Assembly (NCBI RefSeq): GCF_963921235.1
Contig: NC_086108.1
Span: 109,432,001 to 109,496,000, forward strand
Source: Mobula hypostoma
Taxonomy: Eukaryota
Length of the DNA stretch: 64,000 nucleotides
Direction of reading: 5' to 3'
Shown: positions 1 through 11,268 of the stretch, piece by piece
Layout: every line of letters starts with the position of its first letter
Numbering within the stretch: position 1 is the first letter of the stretch
Notes under the pieces: generated by a model
The model's input: the letters and a program-made list of their open reading frames with translations, nothing else
The model's database searches: none
What the model was told of the DNA's origin: nothing
Translations under genes and position numbers: made by a program

Positions 1-268
1 GTTTCCTATAGTGGGGGAGTCTAGGACCAAGGGACACCAGCCTCAGAACAGAGGGACGTCCATTTAGAGCAGAGGTGAGAAGGTATTTCTTTAGCCAGAG
101 GAATTCATTGTGCAATTCATTGCCACAGATGTTGGTTGAGGCCAAGTCATTGAGTATATTTAATGCGGAGACTGACAGATTCTTATTGAGTTAGGATGTC
201 AAAAGTTATGGGAAGAAGGCTGGAGAATGGGGTTGAGAGGGATAATAAATCAGCCATGATCGAATGGC
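1..268 (+). mobile_element. CR1-clade LINE 3' end fragment
   Basis: FPIVGESRT..GH/FFSQR-type ORF2 C-terminus and the 3' UTR motif TCAGCCATGATCGAATGGC, shared with other CR1 copies in the window. Confidence 0.8.
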
Positions 269-569
269 AAAGTGGTAATATTAAAAATTTTACAAAGAGA
301 AAAGCACCTCTGGTTGGCCCCCGAGAGGCCGCCGTGTTTGCATGCACTGCCATCTTACAGGAAGTTGTGTACACAACAACGATACGAAATAAGTCCAGCT
401 CCATTGCTATCCAGCAACTCACTGACTGGATAGTTCTGCTGGACTTGATGTTCTTAGTACCAGTAGTGACTGGCGATTATAAAAACAACTTGCAAGATGA
501 ACAAGTGCACCTTTCATTGGACCCAGAGTGGCCACCGTGTCTGACCACGCCACCATCTTACTGGAAAGT

Positions 570-752
570 GAAATTGAATGTCTGTAAGGAGTTTGTACTT
601 TCTCCCCGTGACCACATGTGTTTCCTCTGGATGCATGGCTTCCTCCCACAGTCCAGGGGCATATGGGTTAGTAGATTAGATTGTCACATGCGTGTAATTG
701 GGCACAGCGGGCTCACTGAGCCTGAAAGTCATGTTATCATGCTGTAACTCTA
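570..752 (+). mobile_element. V-SINE (HE1-like) fragment
   Basis: TGTAAGGAGTTTGTAC...CTCCCACAGTCCA central domain, repeated more than 10 times in the window. Confidence 0.7.
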
Positions 753-1199
753 ATTAAAAAATAAGTGATACAATTGAACTCATATCAACCACTTCCACTG
801 TCACCTAATTCCACATTTATATCACCACCTGATCGAAGAAGTGCCCCCGCAGGTTCCCCCTTAAATATTCCACCTTTCACCCTCAACCTATGACCTCTAG
901 TTTTGTTCTCTCCCAACCTAAGGGGGAGAACCCTACATGCATTCACCAGAGAGCCTCAGCCCAAAACGTCAGCTGTTGATTCCTCTCCATTGCTGCTGCC
1001 TGACCTGCTGAGTTCCTCCAGCAGTTTGTGTGTGTTGCACTGGATTTCCAGCATCTGCAGAATCCCTTGTGTTTACCCTGTCTATACCCCTCAAATTTCT
1101 GTATACCTCTACAGAGGTACAATGTATGCTTTAACTTATGGGCCAAATGCAGCAAGTAATCTTAATTGTTGATTTGCTGATTGATTAATTAATTCATTA

Positions 1200-1462
1200 A
1201 TTGTGGTACAGGACAGGCCCTCCAGCCCTTTGGGCTACACAGCCCAGCAATCTATGATTTAACCCTAGCCTAATCATGGGACAATTTACAATGACCAATT
1301 AACCTATCAACTAGAACGTCTTTGGGCTGTAGGAGGAAACCAGAGCACCCGGAGGAAACCCACGCAGTCATGGGGAGGATGTTCAAACTCCTTACAGACA
1401 GTGGCAGGAATTGAACCCAGTTTTCTGATGCTGTAAGGCATTGCGCATACCACTACACTACT
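1200..1462 (-). mobile_element. V-SINE (HE1-like), near complete
   Basis: Minus strand shows a tRNA-like head (GTAGTGTAGTGG...GGGTTCAATTCC), then GGGTTTCCTCCGGGTGCTCTGGTTTCCTCC (V-domain). Further copies at about 6165-6410, 25810-26000, 26320-26620, 38430-38710, 48940-49175, 52215-52505, 59305-59570, 62585-63135, 63675-63980. Confidence 0.75.
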
Positions 1463-1510
1463 GTTCTGCATACCGTAATAATCTCTTCCCACCTGCTCTT
1501 CCCCAGGTGA

Positions 1511-2100
1511 AATAATATTAATAATAACTCTATTTATAGAGCACTTTTCATACAAACGATGTACTTCAGAGTGCTTTACAGTGGGATAAAAGTACAAACA
1601 TGAGAGTCAAATAAAAAATGAAGACAAGCTCGGAAATAAAAGACAGAAAGGTGTTCGTTGAAAGCAAGGTTAAATAAATAGATTTTGAGCTGGCATTTAA
1701 AATTGCCAACTGAGTCTGCATCGCATATAGTTTTAGATATTGAATTCCACAGTTTCGGAGCGTAGTTCAAAAAAGCTGACCTGCCAATTATCTTTTGAGG
1801 AAGATTGGTGAAATTTAAGAGAGTGGTGAAAGATGACCTGAGAGCTTGAGTAGGATTATAAAATAAAAACAATTCTATGACTATCTCTAGTCCCAGACCA
1901 TTAAGAGCCTTAAATACATTAACTCTAAAAGCTACAGGAATGCAGAGTAGCTGGAACGGGAGTGATATGTTCCCTCATCCTGGTATTGGTGAAAAGTCTA
2001 GCAGCGGTGTTCTGAATGAGTTGAAGTTTGTCAATAGATTGCTTTGGAAGGCCAGTAAAAAGTGCATTGCATTAATCTAGTCTATCCGATAGAAAGGAGT
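1511..2100 (-). mobile_element. L2-clade LINE 3' fragment
   Basis: Translates to LQLIQNTAARL and GRSAFLNYAPKLWNS..FKCQLKIYLF; L2-type 3' end ACTCTATTTATAGAGCACTTT (plus strand) with an (AAT)n-like tail. Confidence 0.8.
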
Positions 2101-2569
2101 GAATTTTTATTGAACTTTCAGCTAGGACTCTGGGGTCTGCTGCATCCAATCTGCTGTGGTCTGGTGACCTCTTTGTGATGGACAGACTCAATTAATTATG
2201 CAGATACAACACATTCTCTTTGTAAAACATCTGTGGACCACACCAGCACGATGCATGTCTTTAAAGTTAGAACAGCTGTTTACACTCAGCAGTAAGTTGC
2301 CTTTGATGTCCTGGGACTGCAGTTTGAGACTGTCCTGGCTTCTTTACCAAGCATTAGGTAACACATCGACTTGTTAACTCTTAGTGTGCCAAGCACTTGT
2401 TGCCGTTTGAGAGGCCTGATTATAGGCCTCTCCTATAATTAGAGGCCCAGACTAGTGTTCAGAACCATGGCCCCAAAATGATTCAACTCTATGTTGTAAC
2501 TTGCATATAAAAATGAGAATTCAGAGTTACTGAGTTGAAACAGGAGATGCCAATATGACCCTACTTACC

Positions 2570-3062
2570 AATATGGAGGAACAGAGGGAACTTGGGACAA
2601 ATATTCATGGTTCCCACAAATTTACTGCACAAGTTGATAAGATGGTTAAGAAGGTATTTAGCGTGTTACCTTCATTATTCGGGGGTTTGACTTCAAGAGC
2701 CACAAGGTTATGTTACAGCTCTATAAAACCCTGGTTAGACCAAACTTGGAGTATTGTGTTCAGTTCTGGTCACCTCATTATAGGAAGGATGTGGAAGGTT
2801 TGAAGAGGGTGCAGAGGAGATTTACCAGAGTCTGAAGACCCTGAGACGTGACAGACATGATACAGGGCTACAGTATAAGATTATGAGAGGTATAGGTAAA
2901 GGATAACCAGTGCCTTTTTCCAAAGGCTGTGATGGTCAATACCAGAGGAAATCATCTGAAGGTGCAAAAGGGAACATTTAGGGGAGAATTTTTAAGGTTT
3001 TTTGCTCAGAGAGTGGTGGGTGCCTGAGACACACTGTTAGGGGTGGTGGTAAAGACAAGTAC
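2570..3062 (+). mobile_element. CR1 LINE ORF2 C-terminal remnant
   Basis: Encodes LYKTLVRP.LEYCVQFWSPHYRKDV across frameshifts. Confidence 0.85.
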
Positions 3063-3216
3063 AAAAGACCGTCTTCCTAGGTTGTGGTACCTGGAACTGA
3101 CTGCAATGCTCTTGGTTTGGCTTTACAAGACTAAATATAAGTTGTACACAATGCCGTTGCCTTACACACTGTGCCTCTGATTATAAAACATGGCATACTT
3201 TATCAAACACAAGAGA

Positions 3217-5935
3217 ACATAGAACATAGAACATAGAAATCTACAGTATATTACAGGTCCTTTGACCCACAATGTTGTGCCAACCAGGTAACCTACTCCA
3301 GAGACTGCGTGGAATTTCCCTACCGCATAACCCTCTATTTTTCTAAGCTCCATGTACCTATCTAAGAGGCTCTTAAAAGACCCTATTGTATCCGCTTCCA
3401 CTACCATTGCCGGCAGTGCATTCCACCCACCCAGCACTCTCTGTGTTTGAAAAACTTACCCCTGACATCTCCTCGGTACCCATTTCCAAGCACATTAAAA
3501 CTATGCCCCCTTGTGTTAGCCATTTCAGTCCGGGGGAAAAACCTCTGGCTATCTGCACAATCAATGCCCCTCATCATCCTGTACACCTCTAACGGGTCAC
3601 CTCTCATCCTCCGTCACTCCTAGGAGGAAAGGCCAAGTTCACTCAACCTATTTTCATAAGGTATGCCCTCCAATCCAGGCAACATCCTTGTAAATCTCCT
3701 CTGCACTCTCTCTATAGTATCCACATCCTTCCTGTAGTGAGGTGACCAGAAATGAACACAGTACTCCAAATGGGGTCTAACTAAGTTCTTGTATAGCTGT
3801 AACCTTACCTCTCGGTTCTTGGACTCAGTCCCATGGTTGATGAAGGCCAACATACCATACGCCTTCTTAACAGCACTGTCAACCTGAGCAGCAGCTTTGA
3901 ATGTCCTATTGACATAGACCCCAAGACCTCTCAGATCCTTCACACTGCCAAGATTCTTACCATTTATATTATATTCTGTCCTCAGATTGGACCTTCCAAA
4001 ATGAACCACTTCACACTAATCTGGGTTGAAGTCCATCTGCCACTTCTCAGCCCAGTTCTGCATCCTATTGATGTCCCGCTGTAACCTCTGACAACCCTCC
4101 AGACTATCCTCTACACCCCCAACCTTTGTGTCATCAGCAAACTTACAAATATTCCTTCTGCCGTGCATTTCCCTGAGAACATCTGCTCCCAATTTATGCT
4201 CCCAAGTTCCTGCCTAATAGCATCATATTTCCTCCTGCCCCAATTCAATGTTTTGCCTAATTGTCTGCTCCTATCCCTCTCCAGCACTGTGGTGAAGGAG
4301 ATAAGAGTTATGGTCACTATCTCCAAAATGCTCTCCCACTGAGAGATCTGACACTTGACCTGGTTTATTTCCCAATACCAGATCAAGTACAGCCTCTCCT
4401 CTTGTAGGAGCCAAGAAACCTTCCTGAACACACCTAACAAACTCTACGCCATCTAAACCCCTTGCGCTAAGGAGATGCTAATCAATATTAGGAAAGTTAA
4501 ACTCTCCCATCACAACAGCCCTATTATTATTGCACCGTTCCAGAAGCTGCCTCCCTATCTGCTCTTTGATGTCCCTGTTACTATTGGGAGGTCGCTAAAA
4601 ACACCCAGTGGAGTTGTTGCCCCCTTTCCTGTTTCTGATTTCCACCCACACTGACTCAATAGACCATCCCTCCATGACTTCCTCCTTTTCTGCAGCCGTG
4701 ACACTATCCCTGATTAGCAATGCCATGCCCCCATCTCTTTTGCCTTCCTCACCGGTCTTTTTGAAATATCTAAAGCCCGGCACACTCAGCAGCCATTCCT
4801 GCTCCTGAGACGTCCAAGTCTCTGTAATGGCCACAACATCATAGTTTCACGTATTGATCCACGCTCTAAGTTCATCCACCTTGTTTATGATACTCCTAGC
4901 ATTAAAATAGACACATCTCAAACCATCATGCTGAGTGTATCCTTGCGCTAACATCTGCCTATCCTTTCCCACAAACTCCCTACAAGCTGTCTCCACGTGC
5001 TCCAACCTCCCCATCCTCTGCATCTTCACTTCAGTTCCCACCCCCCCGCAGATCTACTTTAAACCCTCCTCAATAGCACTAGCAAACCTCCCCGCCAGGA
5101 CATTGGTCCCCTTCAGATTCAAGTGCAACCTGTACCTGTTTGTACAGGTCACATCTGCCCCAGAAGAGATCCCAATGATCCAAAAATCTGAATCCCTGCC
5201 ACCTGCCCCCTGCTCCAATCCTTCAGCCACGTATTTATCCTACACTTCATTCTATTCCTATACTCACTGTCGTGTGACACAGGCAGAAGTTCAGAGATTA
5301 CTACCTTTGAGGTCCTGCTTCTCAGTTTCCTTCCTAACTGCCTGTAATTTGCTATTAGGACTTCCATCCTTTTTCTACCTATGTCATTGTTACCATTATG
5401 TACCACGACTTCTGGCTGCTCACCTTCCCATTTCAGGATATTGTGGACATGCTCAGAAACATCACGAACCCTGGCACCTGGGAGGCAAACTACCATCCTT
5501 GTTTCTTTCTTGCATCCACAGAATCACCTAACTGTAGAATCCCCTGTTACTGCTGCCCTCCTCTTCCTTTCCCTACCCTTCTGAGTGACAGGGCCAGACT
5601 CTGTGCCAGAGGCACAGCCACTGTTGCTTCCCCCAGGTAGGTCATCGCCCAGCAGCATTCAAAATGGAGTACTTCTTGTTAAGGGGGACAGCCACAGGGG
5701 TGCTCCCCTCCCTTCCCTCTCCTGCTGATCACCCACTTATCTGCCTCCTGTGGCCCCAGGGTGACTACCTCCCTATAGCTCTTGTCTATCACTCCTAACT
5801 TTCCCTGACAAGCTGAAGGTGATCGAGCTGCAGCTCCAGTTCCCCAACTCGGTCTCTGAGGAGCTGCATCTCAATGCACCTGGCACAGATGTGGCCATCA
5901 TGGAGGCTGGAAATCTCTCGGATATCCCACACCTG
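3217..5935 (-). mobile_element. CR1 LINE with ORF1 (Zn finger, coiled coil, SGNH esterase), APE and RT C-terminus; large internal RT deletion
   Basis: ORF1: HICARC..QLLRDRVGELE and VVCLPGARVRDV..VVVHNGNNDIG. APE: YFNARSI.NK, AITETW. Jump at about 4146 to KFADD and the RT C-terminus. (ACATAGA)n tail at 3217 on plus strand. Confidence 0.92.
5149..5496 (-). pseudogene. CR1 ORF1p SGNH esterase domain remnant
   Basis: CLPGARV and VVH.G.ND blocks typical of the esterase-type ORF1 of CR1/L2 elements. Confidence 0.85.
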
Positions 5936-6099
5936 ACATCTCTTTCCACGAATCGATTGGCCCACCGCTAATGCCACTAAGAGATTCTGCAGATACTGGA
6001 AATCCAGAGCAACACACACACACAGAATTCTGGAGGAACTCAGAAGGTCAAGCAGCTTCTATGGCGAGCAACTTTGACGTTTCAAAGTTGAAAAGTTCA

Positions 6100-6830
6100 A
6101 GTTCAAAGTAAATTTATTATCGAAATACATACATGTCACGTACATTGTACATACATTTTATTGAGATACAGCGAGGCATAGGTCCTTCCAGCCCTCTGAG
6201 CCATGCCACTCAGAAATCCCCTGATTAAATCCTAGCCCAATCTTGGGACAATTAACCTAGCAACCAGGACATCTTTGTTCTCTGGGAAGAAACCGGAGCA
6301 CCCGGAGGAAACCCATGCGGTCACAGGGAGAACGTACAAACTCCTTTAGACAGTGGCATGAACTGAACCCAGGTCACCTGTGCAGTAAAGTGTTGTGCTA
6401 ACCACTACACAAGAGATATAATAGTGTCCACATAAAAGCCATGCATAACATTGACTGACAAACATCCAGTATGCAAAGGGGGACAGAACGTGCTGATAAT
6501 AATGTAAATAAATAATACTGAGTTGTAGAGACCTTGGAAATGATTCAGTTCAGAGTTGAGCTGAGTGAAGTTCTCCACACTGGTTCAGGAGCCTGCTGGT
6601 TGTCGGGTAATAACTGTTCCTGAACCTGGTGGTGTGAGACCTAAGGATCCTGTACTTCTTTCCCAATGGCAGCAGCGAGGAGAGAACATGACCCTGTCAG
6701 TGGGTCCTGATGATTGATGCTGTTCTCCTGAGGCAGTGCCTGTAGACGCAGTCAATGGTATCGAGGGTTTGCCCGCCACGGACTGAGCGGTACCCACCAC
6801 TTCTTGTAGACTTTTCCATTTCAGGCCAAG
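6100..6830 (-). mobile_element. Rex1/Babar-type LINE 3' remnant interrupted by a V-SINE
   Basis: LQEVVGTAQS...KPSIP, pieces equivalent to LP.GR.Y and HTTRFRNSYYP; TTCAAAGTAAATTTATTATC tail. Confidence 0.65.
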
Positions 6831-6844
6831 GCATACTTTGCTAA

Positions 6845-7210
6845 GACCACAACACATAGTATCAGAATTAGGCCATTCAGCCTATTTGAATTTAATCCGC
6901 CATTCCACCATGGCTGATTAATATCTCTTAATTCTCCTTTTTCCCCTTAACCTTTGATAGCCTGGCTAATCAAGAACTTATCAACCCCTGCTTTAAATAT
7001 ATACAAAGACGGTATCCACAGCTGTATGTGGCAATGAATTCCACAGATTCACCGCCCTCTGGCTAAAGAAACTCTTCTTATCTTTATTCTAAATTAATTC
7101 AGAGGCTGCGCCCTCTGGTCCTAGGCTTCCCACTATAGTAAAGATCCTCTCCACATTCTCTCTAGGCCTTTCAATATTTGAGAGGGTTCAGTGAGTTTCC
7201 CCCTCATTCA
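6845..7210 (-). mobile_element. CR1 LINE 3' fragment
   Basis: Reverse complement of the FFSQR.VNLWNSLP region plus the CR1 3' UTR. Confidence 0.8.
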
Positions 7211-7274
7211 TTATTAAATTTTTCTGCTACATTTAGTGAGTCAAGCATTGTCTCTTCCATTCTGTACACGCACT

Positions 7275-7890
7275 GATTAATTGTTACTTTCTTTGCTGTT
7301 TAACAATTAATTGTCTGTATTTTATATTACTTATGTACAAATAACTGCTTACTATACTTCCTAGTGGTCACAGTATGCATTTATGGTTGGTCAGTATGTC
7401 CCCTGATGGTAACAGTATAAATATGCAGCTGTTCAGAGTGTCCCCAGTGGACACAGTATGTATATCCTGTTGTTGAGAGTGTGCCCTAGTGGCCACAGTA
7501 TGTATATGCAGTTGTTCAGTGTGTCCCCCTAGTGGTCACAGTATGTATATGCCAAGTGTTCACAGTGTGACCACTAATAGTTACATTTGTATGATTCTGG
7601 AAGCTTCTCTTGATGCTGTATTATTTGAATATAGGGAATTTCTGATTGGCTTGCTCTTATCTACCAATTTGAATGGAGTTTTTCTTACCTATGTAGTATA
7701 AAAGAGCTGATTATGAAGCCAGCGCCATCGTTTTGCTTCTACTTCCCTTTTCTTAGCAGACATCTGTCACTGTTCAATTCAAATGTCTTTTGTTCTATCA
7801 ACACTTAATAAAACAACCATGGAAGAACAAGTTTTGTGCCTCTTTCTTGACTTATGAATGAATGTTGGATTCAAACATTAGAATCCAACA
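7275..7890 (+). mobile_element. Solo LTR-like element (5'-truncated) with an internal ~39-bp tandem repeat
   Basis: TATAAAA at about 7697, AATAAA at about 7807, ends AATCCAACA; the homologous copy at 21945 begins TGTTAGATT (near-inverted terminus). Confidence 0.6.
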
Positions 7891-8244
7891 CCCATTACCA
7901 GGGTTCTGCTCCCTGATGAATCAGGAGCAATCTTTGCCTTCGTCTCATAGTTTAGAGTCATTTGGAGTATAAATCTGCTTGGTCCCATTGAGCTTTCCTG
8001 GCTATAATTCTCCAAAACTCACCCAACCGTGTACCTATTGAAATCTCCCTTAAATGTTGAAATCAAACCTGCATCCAACACTTACACTGGCAGCTCGTTC
8101 CAATCTTTCACCACCCTCTGAGTGAAAAGGATCCCCCTCATGTTCCCCTTAAACATTTCACCTTTCACACTTAACCCATGACCTCTAGTTGTCATCTCGC
8201 CCAAGCCCGGAGGAAAAAATCCTGCTTACATTTACCTTAACTAT

Positions 8245-8590
8245 CATCAACATGATCATTATGTGCTGTGTCTTATGACATCATCATTATGTGCCGTGTT
8301 GTATGACGTGGGCGATCATGGTCTTTCCCTGTCTGTGACTGTTCTAGGCAATTTTTTCTGCAGAAGTGATTCACCATTGCCTTCTTCTGGGAAGTGTCTT
8401 TACCAAATGGGTGACCCCAGCCATTATCAATACCCTTCAGAGATTGTCTGCCTGGCATCAGTGGTCGTATACCCAGGACTTGTGATATCCACCACCTGCT
8501 CCCGTGGCTTCACGTGACCCTGATCAAAGGGCTAAGCAGATGTGACACCTTGCCCAAGGGTGACCTGCAGGCCAACAGAGGGACGTATCT
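8245..8590 (-). mobile_element. SINE/non-autonomous retroposon with an RTE(BovB)-type motif
   Basis: Minus strand CCCAGAAGAAGGCAATGG and an (ATG)n tail; inserted in a CR1 fragment; second copy at 21330-21790. Confidence 0.6.
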
Positions 8591-8934
8591 CCACCCCACC
8601 ACCCAACCTTAATTATATCCCTCATAATCTTGAATACATTTTAGGAGACTAGTCATGATTATTATTCATTAGACACCAGACATGATTACCACTGCTCAGC
8701 ATATTAATTGCTCAAAACTAATCATAATTAACTTGAAATTAAAACTAAAACGTAAGAGGCAAACAGCAGATAATTGAAGCTGAATTGGAAAATAGGAATT
8801 TTAGCTCATTATACACAACATCATTTGAGATGATGATTCTTTATGTGAGATATTTGAATATCTTTGCTGTTTTCCTCTGTCCCTGCAGGCACCACCCACA
8901 ATACCTCTCATCTTTCAGAGATGGATATACTGTG

Positions 8935-9438
8935 CACTCAGTGGCCACTTTATTAGATATACCTGTACGCCTGCTCATTAATGAAAATATCTAATCAGCC
9001 TATCATGTGACAGCAACTTAATGCATAAAAGCATGTAGACATGGTCAAGAGGTTTTGTTGTGTTCAGACCAAACGTCAGAATGAAGAAGAAATGCGACCT
9101 AAGCGACTTGGAACATGGAACTGCTAATCTCCTGGGACTTTCACGCACAACTGTCTCTAGAGTTTTCAGAGAATGGTACAGAAACCAAAAATATCTAGTG
9201 AGCGGCAGTTCTGAGGGAGAAAATGCCTTGATTAAAGTAGAATGGCCAGATTGGTTCGAGATGACAGGAAGGCGACAGTACCTCAAATAATCAAGCGTTA
9301 CAATGGTGGGGTGCAGAAGAGCATCTCTGAACGCACAACACATCAAACTTTGAAGTGGATGGGCTACGGCAGTGTGAGACCACAAATACACACTCAGTGG
9401 CCACTTTATCAGGTACATAGTAAAGTACTCACTGAGTG
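8935..9438 (+). mobile_element. Non-autonomous Tc1-like DNA transposon
   Basis: TIR CACTCAGTGGCCACTTTAT; transposase N-terminal remnant MKKKCDLSD..LLGLSRTTVSRVFREW; ends CACTGAGTG followed by TA. Confidence 0.8.
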
Positions 9439-9897
9439 TATTTGTACAGGAGGTGACATTAGAAAATAGGTTAGGGCAGAAGATGGTTGAGTTCAAGAAA
9501 CAACTTGATACTGACAGAGGCAGTGAAAGAAAGTAAAAACCCACGAAAGATGAAACTGGTATATTACAGATGAAATCGTATGTGTTTTAATATTTAATAA
9601 CATTATGCACTCGTTTCCGGTCTCCTGATTCATTAAGAGGCCGATACTTTGCCTTTAGTTGCAAAGGAAAGTTGAGAGTGCAGGAAGATGCTGCAGTACT
9701 TTTTGTACATTGGGATCCCACAAACAATGAATAACGGTAGCGTAACAGTTAGCACAACACTGTTACAGCTCAGGGCATTGGAGTTCCGTGTTCATTTCCA
9801 ACGCTGTCTGTAAGAAGTTTGTATTTCCTTCCCGTAAACGTACGAGTTTCCTCCGGGCACTCAGGTTTCCTCCCAAGTTCCAAAAACGTGCTGGTTA

Positions 9898-11268
9898 TGT
9901 TACAAGAATCACCCCTCGTAATAATGATCAGTGATGTACAGAGAATCTGTAGTTACCAACAAGTAACTTTTATTGTTTCAACTAAAAGCACGTGGGACCA
10001 CAAACTGCCTGGGTGTGCACCCAGCTAGAATTCCCTGACAGTCCATGAACAGTCAATGAAGAGAAAAGGATATTACTCGGGAAAGGAGTCTACACCGGCC
10101 GGGCGTTGCTCGTGGTCCTGATCTCCACGTGTCTGTGGGGTCCTCCTTGTCCGTGATGGTTGGTCTCTGGCTGCTGGAGAGTTATCACCCCTGCATATTT
10201 GGAGTTCCTGAGTCTTATACTGTTCCTCATCAATTGAACCATTGAATCTCCATCCCGTTGGCTCAAGATCGCTTGACCTACCTGGGTCACCTTCTTACTG
10301 GTCATTGTACGGGGCTACAGCCAACATTGTTCATAGACATAGACATAGCTTATTGATCCCGAGGGAAATTGAGTTTCGTTACAGCTGCACCAACCAAGAA
10401 TAGAGCATAAATATAGAAATACAAAACCACAAACAATCGAACAACAATATGCAAACTATGCCAGATGGAAATAAGTCCAGGACCAGCCTATTGACTCAGG
10501 GTGTCTGACCCTCCACGGGAGGAGCTGCAAAGTTCGATGGCCACAGGTAGGAACAACCTCCGATGACGCCCAGTGTTGTATCTCAGTGGAATATGGCCGG
10601 AGTCCAACAGCAAAAAGTTCAATATCCGGGCTACAAACACGTTCCTCGATCGTAATATGACCAGGATTGCACCATCCGTTGTTAACCAGAACAGCAAGCC
10701 CCCAACTCCTTAACACTTACCGCTCTCAGTGCACTTCCGGTCAGCCCGAATGGACTGGAAGCCATCCATGGAAAAGATTTGGTCTGGTATGTCCACGTGC
10801 AGTCCAAGTGGAGAACTTCTCTTCTCCATAAGTCTCTGTCGTCTCAACCCGGTTCCATGGCTCTGTCCACTGCAGCCTTGTGTATTTGTGTCTTTATACT
10901 GTGACTGGTCCAAACCAGTTAAATGAGGCAACCCAGACAGAGTCTAATGAGATTACTGATTGCAGGTCTGGCATTTTACAGGGCAAGTAGCTACTCCTCT
11001 GAGAATGGTCTCAGCTACATTGCTGTCATTATATTGTCCCAGGGCAAGGATCAGTTCAGAGTCCATGCCCTTTATGGCTGTTTGTTTGAGAATGGTCTCA
11101 GGTTTAGCAGATCATTACCTGAAGCTTCCTGTGTCCACATTCAGTTGCTCTGATTAGATTATCCAAAAGCAAGAAACTGTTCAGAGTCCACAAAATGGGG
11201 GAAACAAAGACAACTGGCTCGTCGGCTTCCCCTGTCCTTGATCAGACTGAAGCTTCTTCTGGCCAACA
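9898..11268 (-). mobile_element. Solo LTR (ERV- or Gypsy-type), ~900 bp excluding the nested LINE
   Basis: TGTT...AACA termini; GTTA TSD (9894-9897 and 11269-11272); minus-strand TATAAA at about 10893-10898 and AATAAA at about 9969-9974. Confidence 0.8.
10332..10803 (-). mobile_element. Internally deleted Rex1/Babar LINE (APE fragment fused to the 3' end)
   Basis: LHVDIPDQ..RADRKCTESGK..GLAVLVNN.WC..ELFAVGLRPY joined directly to RHRRLFLPVAIEL..GGSDTLSQ*; (CTATGT)n tail. Confidence 0.85.

Noticed and set aside
196..747. 183-aa ORF as a host gene
   Set aside because: It is a chimera of a CR1 3' UTR, an antisense retroposon 5' end, unique DNA and a V-SINE; no recognisable domain
4935..5531. 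198-aa plus-strand ORF
   Set aside because: Antisense shadow of CR1 ORF1
8862..8934. Plus-strand splice acceptor TTTTCCTCTGTCCCTGCAG
   Set aside because: No donor or recognisable coding sequence before the Tc1 derivative; a lone acceptor is insufficient
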